The notes beneath the pieces are model-generated. The model made no database searches. It was not told the origin of the DNA and saw only the letters and a list, made by a program, of their open reading frames with translations. A DNA stretch of 64,000 bases from Bacteroidia bacterium (GTDB lineage Bacteria > Bacteroidota > Bacteroidia > CAIKAF01): assembly GCA_030427255.1 (NCBI GenBank), contig JAUHWY010000016.1, positions 929 to 64,928 on the forward strand, in the 5' to 3' direction. This document shows, in pieces, positions 49,101-58,583 of this stretch (within the stretch, counting starts at the first letter, position 1; every line of letters starts with the position of its first letter). The position numbers and the translations under genes were made by a program.

Positions 49101-49911
49101 CATCAACGAGGCCTTCCCTCGTTCGTATGGAAGCTGGGACAACATTGACTTTGGTACCGTTAAGGGCATTACCTTTGAATACGAAACACGCCAGATTGGT
49201 AATATGAAAATGACCGCTACCTATACTCTTCAGTTTGCTGATGGTACAGGTTCTGACAATACCAGCCAGTTAAACCTGGTAAACTCAGGTCAGCCCAACT
49301 TGCGTACTACAGTGCCTACCAACTACGACCGTAGGCACTTGTTCACAGCCTTCTTGATTTACCGTTTTGGCGGTGACGGGAATGGCGGAAGAGGCCACAA
49401 GTACAATGGCCCGGCAGCGCTTAAGCCACTGTTGCAAAACTTTGGCTGGAGTGCCACCCTTCGTGGAGGATCCGGAGTACCTTACAGTGGACAAAGCAAC
49501 GTAACCGGAACCCAATTGTTGGGTGGTGGTGGACAGCCTTCCTTGGAAGGATCCATCAACGGAAACCGCTTGCCTTGGGAGTTCAACATCGACCTAATGG
49601 TGGACAAAGACATCAACATCTTCTGGGGTAAGAAAAAAGACGGCGGCGACAACGACAACCGCAAGAAGTCTACCTTGAACATTTACTTGCAGGTATTGAA
49701 TGTATTTGATATTCAAAACACCATTGCAGTATATGCTGCTACCGGAAACCCCGACGATGATGGCTACCTAACTGCACCTCAGTTCCAGCCCTTCATCAAC
49801 GGTCAAATTGACCCGCTCGCTTTCCAAGACATGTATTCCTTGAAGGTGAATGACCCACGCAACTTGAGTCTACCTCGCAGAATTCGCCTGGGTGCTATAC
49901 TATCCTTTTAA
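46147..49911 (+). CDS. TonB-dependent outer membrane receptor with N-terminal carboxypeptidase-regulatory-like domain
   Basis: 'G.V.D..GEP.PFANV', plug 'IRGAR.....FIDG', 'GG.PA.YG...GG.I', barrel 'PR..FSFPI', 'NP.L.PE', C-terminal Phe. Confidence 0.9.
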   Translation: MMKKILNLAMALLVLHGSLLAQGAMGELKGTVTDDKGEPVPFANVVLMKDGVQVRGESTNFEGQYWMKAVPAGDYELLITSVGLAKQKRVIRVESGGNITFVNAQLKQESVLIGEFDVIVDLDPLIKKDETMVRTTISREDILKLPSRSPLSAVTTVGGVFSRDGEVGNIRGARSGATVFIDGVKIRGGSGSLPQQAVEETQVILGGVPAMYGDATGGIILLTTRGISPKWFGNIEGRTSKFLDNWDDALFSAAVGGPLIKRTAPGTNNKVPMVGFLGTVEGNYRGDPAPVSGDIWRVREDVLRDLRENPIRLSETGTGSRLNAEYLRRDAFETIPQRLNVASSTLNFQAKFDVLASDYTTISAGGFVNLSRQRGGRDGTTYNYSLFNWENNAESTNFTWNVWGRVVHRFKDEAPDSTKKGGLRNAVVSLQVDYLKGLGSTQDATHKDNFFNYGYVGRFDILRRPVYPSFGLDPKTNMSGWLYGGMQDTLVTFQPGDMNPTSSAITNQYFTLFDDPIGVYDQLPNIINGGGLLNGQNPRSVYNLWSHPGTQFNGYSLSDNNQFRVVGQGSASIGDHDFQIGFEFEQRNDAFYNLAPVGLWRTGWQLANAHLGVIDTSAPMPVYDPETGVFQDTINYPALYREDEERTAETGYKFGVGQSFFDWNLRRSLGLSEDGLETVDVDALDPDQLDISMFSANELLNQGNNLVTYYGYDVYGNRSTGNITFDDFFTARDEFGNFTRPIGSFQPIYLAGYIQDKFSFKDIIFNVGVRIDRFDANQQVLSDPYSLYQTRSAGEVSDLGGNSVTHPGNIGNDYVVYVNDRNNPTDILGYRNGNVWYNAEGQVINDPALLRTANGRVQPLMVNPDDDVQSQGFTPSGAFEDYTPQVNVMPRVSFSFPISDNVGFTAYYDVLTQRPSGAVRLNPLDYFFWDNAAYNNFGTFFNNPSLRPERTTDFSLGFRQKLTENSALKISAFYRELRDMIALVRINEAFPRSYGSWDNIDFGTVKGITFEYETRQIGNMKMTATYTLQFADGTGSDNTSQLNLVNSGQPNLRTTVPTNYDRRHLFTAFLIYRFGGDGNGGRGHKYNGPAALKPLLQNFGWSATLRGGSGVPYSGQSNVTGTQLLGGGGQPSLEGSINGNRLPWEFNIDLMVDKDINIFWGKKKDGGDNDNRKKSTLNIYLQVLNVFDIQNTIAVYAATGNPDDDGYLTAPQFQPFINGQIDPLAFQDMYSLKVNDPRNLSLPRRIRLGAILSF

Positions 49912-49953
49912 TTGACACAAACGTTCCTAACGACTACCGAAGCAACAAGACAT

Positions 49954-52900
49954 ATGAAGCAGTTCCGAATGTATCTGGTCTTTGCGGTCATGCTTACCGC
50001 CAGCCAAACCGGTTACGCCTACAAAAGAGGCGGAGATAAATCGGGTGGTTCAGGCACCAATCCCGATAAAGCCTTGGCAGCAGATTGTTTGCCTCCATCT
50101 ACTTCAGCCGAATTGAATGTAAACAACGTACGTGCGTTGATTCACTCTGGCGGCGATATGTGGTGGGACTTGATTGCCAACGCCCGTTATGAGGTTCCCC
50201 AAGGTTCCGGGAGACACTCCTTGTATGTGGGTACCCTCTGGATTGGAGGTCGCGATCAAAACACCCAAACGCTAAAATTGGCGGCCCAACGTTACCGCAG
50301 CAGTGGGGTTGACTACTTCACAGGACCCTTAGATCGTCTAGGTACTGCCGAAGTTGATCCGGAAACCTGCGATTTGTACGACCAAATTTGGGCCATTACG
50401 CGTCAAGAAGTAGAGCAATTCCGTCTGTGTAATTGTATCGCTCCCGATGATCCCAGTTGCGATGGATATACCGTTCCGGAATCCATCCGTGAGTGGCCCG
50501 GAAACCCTATCGTTCAAGCCAATGGGCAACATTTGGATATGCAGCCTCTTTTGGCGCCCTTCTTCGATGCCAACGACGATGGTGTATACCGCTGGGAAGA
50601 TTGTGATTACCCCTTCTATGATCTAGACAACAACATCGATTGTGCATCGGATCGTTCCGCCTTTGTTTATGGTGACTTTACCCTCTGGTGGGTATTTAAC
50701 GATAAAGGAAACATTCATGGAGAGTCTCAAGGCGATCCCATTGGTATGGAAATCCGGGCACAAGCCTTTGGTTTTAATACCAACGATGAGATCAACAACA
50801 TGACCTTCTACAACTACGAGCTTATCAATAGGGGAACTACCACCTTGGCAGAATGCTATTTTGGTGTGAACACCGATGCAGATATTGGTGGCGCCATTGA
50901 CGACTACACCGGTTGTGATGTACAGCGTGGTTTTGGCTTTATGTATAATGGCGACGCCTTTGACGATAACTTTTCCGGTCAATTGGGCTATGGAGAAAAC
51001 CCTCCTGCCATCGGAATTGACTTTTTCGAAGGTCCTTACCTTGACTCCAATGGAATTGCTGAAACCTTTTCTCCTTTGGATATTTCCAACCTTCGCGATA
51101 CCAGCCGGTGGAGTGGTGCTTTTGGTATCAACGGCTTAGGCTTTGACGATACCATTGCAGATAACGAGCGTTTCGGAATGCGCCGCTTTGTATATTACAA
51201 CAACCCGGGAACCGGTCCTACTGCCGACCCAAGCACAGCGCCCGGTTACTACAACTATTTGAGAGGTATTTGGCTTGACAATACCCGTATGGTTTACGGT
51301 GGTGACGGATACCCTGCTCCGGGTAACGGTTCTACCAATATCGTAGCCGACTTTATGTTCCCTGGCGATTCGGACCCCCTCAACTGGGGAACCAAGGGAA
51401 TTGACCCCGGCTTTGACTGGCGTGAGCAAAATACGGGCGCTGCCCCCAACACACCCGGCGACCGTCGTTTTGTACAATCCGCAGGACCGTTTACCTTACG
51501 TCCCGGCTATGTGAACGACATTACCACCGGAGTAGTTTGGGCACGTACCGCTAGTGGTGATCCCTTTGAATCTGTAATTCGAGTGTTACGGGCCGACCAA
51601 AAAGCTCAATCCCTGTTCGAGAACTGTTTCCGTGTATTGAACGGACCTGACGCCCCGGACTTAAACATTCAAGAGCTCGATCGGGAACTTATTTTGTATT
51701 TGACCAACCGTCCTACCAGCAACAACTATTTGGAAGAGTACGAAGAGCTCAACTATTTCATCCCTGAGTTCTCCTTGAATACGACTACGGAAACGCGAGA
51801 TACCGTAATCTTTGTTCCTGCTTGGACCCGAATCGATACTACCTCGAGCGGAGACACCATGTACGTTTATGGACAGCAATTTATCAATGGCAATACTGCC
51901 GATTCCACCTTGGTATTCTTCGATACCACAAACACTCCCATTGATTCTTTGTACGGATTCTTCTCAAATCCTAGCCAGCCGGTATTGACTACCATTAACC
52001 TGGGAACTACCACTGACTCGACGATATACGATCGAATGATTCGTTTCCAAGGGTACATGATTTATCAGCTCCGTGATGAGACGGTTACAGCTACCGATAT
52101 CTTTGGAGAAGATGGCAATAGTGTGGCTCGACTGGTAGCTCAGTGCGACATCCGCGATTTTGATGAAGTAGGAAACCCAATAGGAACCATTACCAATTTT
52201 GAATTCGATGAAGACCTTGGTTTCTCTGTTCCTAAAGTAATGGTGAATGGTGCCAACGAAGGTATTGTACACTCTTTCCGAATAACCGAAGACCAATTTG
52301 CTTTGGAAGACAAGCGTTTGGTTAACCACAAGACCTATTACTTTATGGCCTTGGCCTATGGCTACAACAACTTTAAGAATTTCGATCCTGATGACCCAAA
52401 CCAGCTGGATGGTCAAAAGGAGCCTTTTTTCTTGGGTCGTCGTAACATACGCGCCTATTCTGCCATTCCACACATTCCTGCTCCGGAACTCAATGGAACC
52501 CTGTTGAACTCCTTGTACGGAAGTGGTCCTCAGATTACCCGGATTGAAGGATATGGAAATGGAGGAAACAATGTGCGTTTGACCAAAGAAACCGAAGACC
52601 GAATCTTGAACTCTCCGGAAAATCGAGCAGATACCTTGGTTTACGAACTTGGCTTTGGTCCTGTAAACATTAAGGTGATTGACCCGCTTAAGGTGCGTGG
52701 AGGATCTTACCAACTTAAAATTTCGGATCCCAATCCATCTCCTGACGGTACCTTGAGCCCTGAAGCTCGTTGGGTGCTCCTTGAACCGGGAAGCCCGGCA
52801 GGAGACACGGTAGCCGTTTCCGAAAAGGATTTGTCTACTTCTTACGAGCAAATCATGTTCGACCGAAGGGACATTCCTGATACAGATCCATTCCTAGGTT

Positions 52901-54480
52901 TCTCCATTACCATCCGTCAGGTTCAAAACCCCGGACCGGTGTATGAAATAATCAATGCCAATATTCGTCAAGATAGAGAGTTGGAGAATGGCTTTATTGC
53001 TGCTGATATTGAGTACGGCAATATTCAAAACCAATGGATAGGCTTTTTCCCGGATCAGAATACGGGATCTCCTTCAAACTATGTGCGTTCAGGAACTACC
53101 GAAAGTCAGCAAGACCCGCAGTGGAACTCTAACTTTATTGAGGTTACTGCAGGCGGCATTGACCAGGCACTTTATGTAGACCCTGATGCAAGCTTTGAGC
53201 GCAACATCTCTTTCTTTGGAGGTGGTGGAATTGTGCCGTACATGTTGACAGGCTCCTCTATCACTTACTTAGACGATGCGAACAATACGCGTCCCGCACA
53301 CCAGCTTGGCTCTAATGCTGTAATTGGTGCGAATGGTCGAATTGCTTCCAGCGTTCGCTTTGAGCGCTTGATGCCTTCGGTAGACATTGTACTTACCCCG
53401 GATCGTTCGCTATGGACTCGTTGCCCGGTATTCGAAACCCAAGATATTGTTGACTTGGCTTACCGTCACCCGGCATTGAGCAGCCGTCCTGAAAAACTCT
53501 CCATGCGTCATAGTCCTTCTGTGGACAAGGATGGAAATCCGGCGACTCCCGGTTCCGGCGTTAGTACCGATCCAAACGATCCGAACTATATTTCCGAATG
53601 GGGCTTTAGTTGGTTCCCCGGATATGCCATTGACGTGGAAACCGGACAAAGGCTAAATATGGCCTTTGGAGAGGACTCCTATTTGGTGGGTAACAATGGA
53701 CGCGATATGCTCTTTAATCCTTCCGTGGCCGACTTGACCACAGGAGAAGGGGTGTTCTCTCCGTTAGGTGACCTTTTGGCAGCCGGTAAACACTTTATTT
53801 ATGTGTTTGGCTCCAACAGAAACGATGGCCCATACAACACTTTCCCTTCTTACGACGCCGGTGAACAATTAGCGGAGTATTTGAATTTGCCCAACGGTGA
53901 GCCTAGAAGTTCTATTTCTCCATCCATCTCTAGAAATATTTGGAGAAACTGTGCTTGGGCTGGGGTACCTTTCCACCCCAAAGGCACCGATTGGTTGCGT
54001 GAGGAAGTACGCATTAGCATGCGGGTGGTACGACGTTACCGCTCAGGGTATACGGCAAATGACGTTTCGGACACCCCCGAGAACAACAACCAGCCCATGT
54101 ATAATTTCTCCATGGACAATCTTACGCCCACCGTGGGTAACAACGATGCAGCTCGTGCTGCGCTTGATCTGATTCAAGTCGTACCCAACCCATATTACTC
54201 TGCAAGCGGTTATGAAACCAGTCAAGTAGATAGCCGAGTTAAAATAGTGAACCTCCCTGATGAATGTACCGTAAGTATTTACGCACTTAACGGAACGTTG
54301 ATTCGTCGTCTGGAGAAATCCACCAGCTCCATAACTTCTTTGGACTGGGATTTGAAAAACTATGCCAACATCCCTATTGCTAGTGGACTATACATTATGC
54401 ATATCCAAGCTCCGGATATTGGCGAACGAATCATTAAATGGTTTGGCGTTATGCGCCCAATCGATCTAGACTCCTTCTAA
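49954..54480 (+). CDS. Large secreted protein with an atypical T9SS CTD
   Basis: Signal peptide from ATG 49954; CTD 'I.VVPNPYY...NLP..C...IY..NG.LIR...WDLKN....IASGLY..H'; ends 'RPIDLDSF'. Confidence 0.85.
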   Translation: MKQFRMYLVFAVMLTASQTGYAYKRGGDKSGGSGTNPDKALAADCLPPSTSAELNVNNVRALIHSGGDMWWDLIANARYEVPQGSGRHSLYVGTLWIGGRDQNTQTLKLAAQRYRSSGVDYFTGPLDRLGTAEVDPETCDLYDQIWAITRQEVEQFRLCNCIAPDDPSCDGYTVPESIREWPGNPIVQANGQHLDMQPLLAPFFDANDDGVYRWEDCDYPFYDLDNNIDCASDRSAFVYGDFTLWWVFNDKGNIHGESQGDPIGMEIRAQAFGFNTNDEINNMTFYNYELINRGTTTLAECYFGVNTDADIGGAIDDYTGCDVQRGFGFMYNGDAFDDNFSGQLGYGENPPAIGIDFFEGPYLDSNGIAETFSPLDISNLRDTSRWSGAFGINGLGFDDTIADNERFGMRRFVYYNNPGTGPTADPSTAPGYYNYLRGIWLDNTRMVYGGDGYPAPGNGSTNIVADFMFPGDSDPLNWGTKGIDPGFDWREQNTGAAPNTPGDRRFVQSAGPFTLRPGYVNDITTGVVWARTASGDPFESVIRVLRADQKAQSLFENCFRVLNGPDAPDLNIQELDRELILYLTNRPTSNNYLEEYEELNYFIPEFSLNTTTETRDTVIFVPAWTRIDTTSSGDTMYVYGQQFINGNTADSTLVFFDTTNTPIDSLYGFFSNPSQPVLTTINLGTTTDSTIYDRMIRFQGYMIYQLRDETVTATDIFGEDGNSVARLVAQCDIRDFDEVGNPIGTITNFEFDEDLGFSVPKVMVNGANEGIVHSFRITEDQFALEDKRLVNHKTYYFMALAYGYNNFKNFDPDDPNQLDGQKEPFFLGRRNIRAYSAIPHIPAPELNGTLLNSLYGSGPQITRIEGYGNGGNNVRLTKETEDRILNSPENRADTLVYELGFGPVNIKVIDPLKVRGGSYQLKISDPNPSPDGTLSPEARWVLLEPGSPAGDTVAVSEKDLSTSYEQIMFDRRDIPDTDPFLGFSITIRQVQNPGPVYEIINANIRQDRELENGFIAADIEYGNIQNQWIGFFPDQNTGSPSNYVRSGTTESQQDPQWNSNFIEVTAGGIDQALYVDPDASFERNISFFGGGGIVPYMLTGSSITYLDDANNTRPAHQLGSNAVIGANGRIASSVRFERLMPSVDIVLTPDRSLWTRCPVFETQDIVDLAYRHPALSSRPEKLSMRHSPSVDKDGNPATPGSGVSTDPNDPNYISEWGFSWFPGYAIDVETGQRLNMAFGEDSYLVGNNGRDMLFNPSVADLTTGEGVFSPLGDLLAAGKHFIYVFGSNRNDGPYNTFPSYDAGEQLAEYLNLPNGEPRSSISPSISRNIWRNCAWAGVPFHPKGTDWLREEVRISMRVVRRYRSGYTANDVSDTPENNNQPMYNFSMDNLTPTVGNNDAARAALDLIQVVPNPYYSASGYETSQVDSRVKIVNLPDECTVSIYALNGTLIRRLEKSTSSITSLDWDLKNYANIPIASGLYIMHIQAPDIGERIIKWFGVMRPIDLDSF

Positions 54481-54501
54481 GCACCGGAAAAGAAAGAAGT
54501 T

Positions 54502-55611
54502 ATGAAGCATTTAACATACATTACCCGCAAAGGCCTTTTGGCCGGAATGCTCGCCGGAGCTTTAATGCAACCGGTTGTGGCGGGAAACGAAGACCGCGCA
54601 GGTTCTGCAGGAAGTACCGACTTGCTAATAAACCCTTGGGCTCAGAGCTCTGGGTGGGCAGGTGCTAATACGGCCATTGGTCGTGGCTTGGAATCTCAAT
54701 TCCTTAACATTGCAGGCATGGCCTTTACGGAGCGTACCGAGCTTTTGTTCACCCACACCCGATGGCTGGCTGGTACCGATATTGGAATTAATGCCTTTGG
54801 CTTTTCTCAGAATTTGGGTAAAAGCCGCGGTGTTCTTGGATTGAGCGTTATGAGCCTAGGTTCCGGCGATATCCAAGAAACCACCGTAGAGCAGCCCGAA
54901 GGTACCGGTTCAACCTACACGGTTAACAACCTAAATCTGGGACTCTCTTATGCGCGCTCTTTCTCGGATCGCATTCATGGTGGTGTTACTGTTCGCTTGG
55001 TTAACCAGGCAATTTCTAACGTTTCTGCGAGTGGATTTGCTGTGGATGCAGGTATTATATACAAAACAACCATAGGCAAACCTAAGGAATACGAAGGAAT
55101 TGACTCAGATAACCTGCATTTTGGGATTACCCTTAGAAATATCGGACCAAGAATGATGGCTACAGGAGATGGCTTAACCGTTAAGAATATTTCTCCGGTA
55201 TTTGGTGCCCCTGTTTCGCAGCAACAACGTTCTGCAGAGTATGAAATGCCTGCGCTAATGAACATTGGTATTGCTTATGTTCAACGTTTCTCCGAAGCCC
55301 ATAGAATTACAGGCGCCTTTAACTTCACCACCAATAGCTTTACTAAAGATCAATTTCAATTGGGGCTAGAATATGGCTTCAAGGACTTTTTAATGATTCG
55401 CGGTGGCTATTTGTTCGAAACCGGAATATTCGGTGAGCGTGAGGGCGTAGAGGCCGACTTGTTGAATGCCTTTACCGGGCCCTCTGCCGGGTTTACTTTC
55501 CGTGCACCCCTTAAAAAAGGCGGGCGCACCAAAATTGGCATTGATTACAGCTACAGAGCTACCTTTAATTTTAATGGTGTACACACCTTTGGAGCACACT
55601 TGCTGCTTTAA
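54502..55611 (+). CDS. PorV/PorQ-family outer membrane beta-barrel
   Basis: PorV-like N-terminus 'G.AG...LLINPWA.S.G', 'N.AG.A', alternating beta-strands, 'G.EY', 'DYSY'. Confidence 0.8.
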   Translation: MKHLTYITRKGLLAGMLAGALMQPVVAGNEDRAGSAGSTDLLINPWAQSSGWAGANTAIGRGLESQFLNIAGMAFTERTELLFTHTRWLAGTDIGINAFGFSQNLGKSRGVLGLSVMSLGSGDIQETTVEQPEGTGSTYTVNNLNLGLSYARSFSDRIHGGVTVRLVNQAISNVSASGFAVDAGIIYKTTIGKPKEYEGIDSDNLHFGITLRNIGPRMMATGDGLTVKNISPVFGAPVSQQQRSAEYEMPALMNIGIAYVQRFSEAHRITGAFNFTTNSFTKDQFQLGLEYGFKDFLMIRGGYLFETGIFGEREGVEADLLNAFTGPSAGFTFRAPLKKGGRTKIGIDYSYRATFNFNGVHTFGAHLLL

Positions 55612-55635
55612 TTAAGAAATAGTTTTTTAAATTTG

Positions 55636-55672
55636 AGAAACAGAAGGCTTCCGGGCTTTCTGTTTCTTTTTT
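55636..55672 (+). terminator. Intrinsic terminator overlapping the greA promoter/leader
   Basis: 14-bp stem AGAAACAGAAGGCT / GGCTTTCTGTTTCT + T-run; TAAATTTG at 55628-55635 directly upstream. Confidence 0.8.
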
Positions 55673-55688
55673 GTTAATACTACAGTAT

Positions 55689-56162
55689 ATGTCTAAAGTT
55701 ACCTATTTGACCCAAGAGGGCTACGATAAGTTACGTGCAGAATTAGATCACCTCATTTCCGTAGAACGCCCTAGTATTTCCGCACAAATTGCCGAAGCCA
55801 GAGATAAAGGCGATTTGTCCGAAAACGCCGAATACGACGCAGCGAAAGATGCTCAAGGCCTTTTGGAGCTTAAAATATCTAAGCTTCAAGAAACCGTGCG
55901 CAATGCCCGTGTACTTAGCGAGGATCAGTTGGATAACTCTAAAGTGTACCTGCTTAGCCGTGTCAAAATCAAAAACCTTAAGAACAATATGGAAATGACC
56001 TACCAAATTGTCTCTGAGAATGAAGCAGATTTAAAGGCGGCCCGAATTTCCGTTGAAAGCCCAATTGGTAAAGGCTTGCTAGGAAAAAAGCCCGGCGATA
56101 TTGCAGAAATTCAAACCCCGGGTGGCTTGATTTCTTTTGAGATTTTATCCATTAACGCCTAA
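55689..56162 (+). CDS. greA: Transcription elongation factor GreA
   Basis: 'T.EG...L..EL', 'AR..GDLSENAEY.AAK', 'IS..SPIG..L.G'. Confidence 0.97.
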   Translation: MSKVTYLTQEGYDKLRAELDHLISVERPSISAQIAEARDKGDLSENAEYDAAKDAQGLLELKISKLQETVRNARVLSEDQLDNSKVYLLSRVKIKNLKNNMEMTYQIVSENEADLKAARISVESPIGKGLLGKKPGDIAEIQTPGGLISFEILSINA

Positions 56163-56557
56163 TGGCTTCTGTTTTTTCTAAAATATTCGCTGGAGAAATC
56201 CCTTGTTTTGAGGTTTACCGCTCTCAAAACGTACTTGTCTTTATGGATATTAAACCATTGACGCAAGGCCACTGTTTGGTGGTGCCAAAAAATGAGGTGG
56301 ATCACTACCATCACTTACCTCATGAAATTGCGGCAGAGGTGCATCAAACCGCCTTAAAGGTGGCAAAAGCACTGCAGTTGGTGACCGATGCAGAGCGCAT
56401 TGGTTGGGTAATTGCCGGTTTTGAAGTAGCGCATGCTCATTTACACCTGATTCCCTGCAATACCATGGAAGAAATGAGTTTTGAAAGGGATCGGCTGGAG
56501 CCGGATCCTAGCGAACTCAGAGAAATGGCCCAACAAATAGCAGCAGCATTAACCTGA
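56162..56557 (+). CDS. HIT family nucleotide hydrolase
   Basis: 'F.KI..GEIP', 'GH.LVVPK', HxHxH 'HAHLH'; TAATG coupling to greA. Confidence 0.93.
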   Translation: MASVFSKIFAGEIPCFEVYRSQNVLVFMDIKPLTQGHCLVVPKNEVDHYHHLPHEIAAEVHQTALKVAKALQLVTDAERIGWVIAGFEVAHAHLHLIPCNTMEEMSFERDRLEPDPSELREMAQQIAAALT

Positions 56558-57670
56558 AACTTTGGCCGTTTCCTTTTCGCCCCGCTCCATTACGCGAGCC
56601 TGTACCTGAATTCCCTCTTGGTGTAAAGCCATCCAAAACTTATGGATAAAAGCAGGGTCAAGACCAAGTTCTTTAGCACGCCGCGTGCGGCTGCCTAAAA
56701 TTTCATTCCAACGCTCCAGTTGAAAAATGGTAACGTTGTGCTCCTGCTTGTAACGTCCAATCTCCTCGGTGACCCTGAGCCTCCGCTCCAATAAGTTAAG
56801 CATGTCCTCATCCAAACTGTCAATAAGCAAACGCAATTGGTGCAGACGATCAAGAAAAACCTGCTCCTCACTTTTGTTTTCCCGATGATTTAAAGCACTT
56901 AAAAACGCTTCTAAATCTTCCTGTTTTATTTGCTGTTCTGCATCACTCCAAGCCACCTCCGGCTTGGGGTGACTTTCAATCATAAGGCCATCAAAAGCTA
57001 AATCCAAGGCGCGTTGAGCCACATCTTTGAGCAAATTACGTTTGCCTGCAATATGGGAAGGGTCACAAATGACGGGTAAATGAGGCACCATCCCTTTGAG
57101 TTGGAGGGCTATTTCCCAACGTGGTGCATTGCGGTAGGGATGTGCATCGTAGCTGGTAAACCCACGGTGCACGGCTCCTAATTTTCGAATGCCTGCCGAA
57201 TGAATACGTTCAAGAGCGCCAAGCCACAAATTCAAGTCGGGACTAATAGGATTTTTGACCAAAACAGGTACATCTACTCCGGAGAGCGCATCCGATATTT
57301 CTTGAACCGAAAAAGGGTTTACCGTTGTTCTTGCGCCCACCCAAAGCAAGGAAATGCCTGCTTTTAATGCTGCCTCTACATGTTCCCCATTGGCTACTTC
57401 TATGGCTGTTTTAAGACCGGTTTCTTCCATGGCTTCTTGCAACCATTCGAGAGCAGGTAGCCCATGTCCCTCAAAGCTGTTGGGTCGGGTTCTGGGTTTC
57501 CAAACACCTGCACGGAGGTAATCAAGCTCCTTGATTTGGCTCAGCTGACGCGCCGATTGAAGTATTTGCTTGCGGCTTTCTGCCGAACATGGACCGGAAA
57601 TAAGCAGGGAAGGGTTTCCTTTGGGAGACCAAGCATGTAGAGGTACTAAATCAGACAGCAAGCTATTCAT
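56549..57670 (-). CDS. Bifunctional DAHP synthase / chorismate mutase
   Basis: 'ISGPCSAES', 'RAG.WKPRTRP.SFEG', 'W.GART', 'DPSH', 'GL.IE.H'; C-terminal AroQ 'LR..ID..D......L..R'. Confidence 0.93.
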   Translation of the reverse strand: MNSLLSDLVPLHAWSPKGNPSLLISGPCSAESRKQILQSARQLSQIKELDYLRAGVWKPRTRPNSFEGHGLPALEWLQEAMEETGLKTAIEVANGEHVEAALKAGISLLWVGARTTVNPFSVQEISDALSGVDVPVLVKNPISPDLNLWLGALERIHSAGIRKLGAVHRGFTSYDAHPYRNAPRWEIALQLKGMVPHLPVICDPSHIAGKRNLLKDVAQRALDLAFDGLMIESHPKPEVAWSDAEQQIKQEDLEAFLSALNHRENKSEEQVFLDRLHQLRLLIDSLDEDMLNLLERRLRVTEEIGRYKQEHNVTIFQLERWNEILGSRTRRAKELGLDPAFIHKFWMALHQEGIQVQARVMERGEKETAKVSG

Positions 57671-57781
57671 GTATTCATAAAACAGTCGACCATGGCAATT
57701 GGTTGCCAAAGCGAATATCCGTTATTTGAAACAGCCGCCCAAAAAAAACGTATATAAGAGCAAATAATCGGCGTATCCTGC

Positions 57782-57789
57782 TAATTTTG
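57782..57789 (+). promoter_or_regulatory. -7 box for tmRNA
   Basis: TAATTTTG 20 nt upstream of the mature 5' end. Confidence 0.7.
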
Positions 57790-57809
57790 CGCCCTTGTTC
57801 TTTTTATTT

Positions 57810-58175
57810 GGGGCTGACTGGTTTTGACAGCATGTGATATCGGTCAGTAAGCATGTCGAGGATTGCTGCTTGCCTCGTTAATCAAAAGCTTCGACACGTT
57901 AAGTGCCGACAACCACGACTACGCTCTGGCTGCCTAATCAAAGTTGATTACGCAGTGAGCTGCTCCACCTAAAGCCTGCCTGTTGCTTTAGGACCGGAGT
58001 ATCAGTCAAATCAGGCTGCTGCCAAGGAAGTTCCGAACTTGGTTTAAGCTAAGGAACTAAGGGTAGATTAGGCCGTCATCAGCCGTTTTCTGCCCCGACA
58101 ATTAAGCGGTGACTAAGCATGTAGAAAGCTGGTTGATGCCATGTTTGGACGCGGGTTCGATTCCCGCCAGCTCCA
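57810..58175 (+). ncRNA. ssrA: tmRNA; tag (A)DNHDYALAA*
   Basis: 5' GGGGCTGACTGGTTTTGACAG; tag ORF GCC GAC AAC CAC GAC TAC GCT CTG GCT GCC TAA at 57905-57937; T-arm GCGGGTTCGATTCCCGC; acceptor CAGCTCC-A; CCA not fully encoded. Confidence 0.97.
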
Positions 58176-58180
58176 CTTTT

Positions 58181-58560
58181 GAGTGTAGAGCAACAGTATT
58201 GAGTGTGGAGGGGGAAGGGAGTTTAGAGCAACAGTATTGAGTGTGGAGGGTGTTTTTGGGAGTGATGTATTTCATTATGAGAATCTTGGTGCTCCCTTTT
58301 GCTCTCAACTCAGGAGGGAGGTATAGAGCAACAGTATTGAGTGTGGAGGGGGAGGGAAGTATAGAGCAACAGTATTGAGTGTGGAGGGTGTTTTTGGGAA
58401 ATGGTGTATTTATTGTTTGTTGTGAATATCTTGCTTCTTCTTGCTTTCGCTCCTCCCTGTTGCTCTTCCTCCCCCCTGTTGCTGTTGCTCCTCCCTGTTG
58501 CTCTTCCTCCTCCCTCTTGCTGTTGCTCCTCCCTCTTGCTCCATTCCCCTCTCTTTTTCT
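58181..58560 (+). repeat. Left compound repeat block: 4 x GAGCAACAGTATTGAGTGTGGAGG core + ~5 x 19-bp pyrimidine-rich units
   Basis: Cores at 58188, 58226, 58326, 58364 (spacing 38/100/38); then CTCCTCCCTGTTGCTGTTG-like units. Confidence 0.92.
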
Positions 58561-58583
58561 TTCGTTCAATCAAATAAACCAAA

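Noticed and set aside
51964-52851. 295-aa antisense ORF inside the 1500-aa cargo gene
   Set aside because: Fully overlaps a well-supported gene; no motifs; typical antisense shadow
56549-57670. DAHP synthase-chorismate mutase fusion as a novelty
   Set aside because: Common arrangement in Bacteroidota
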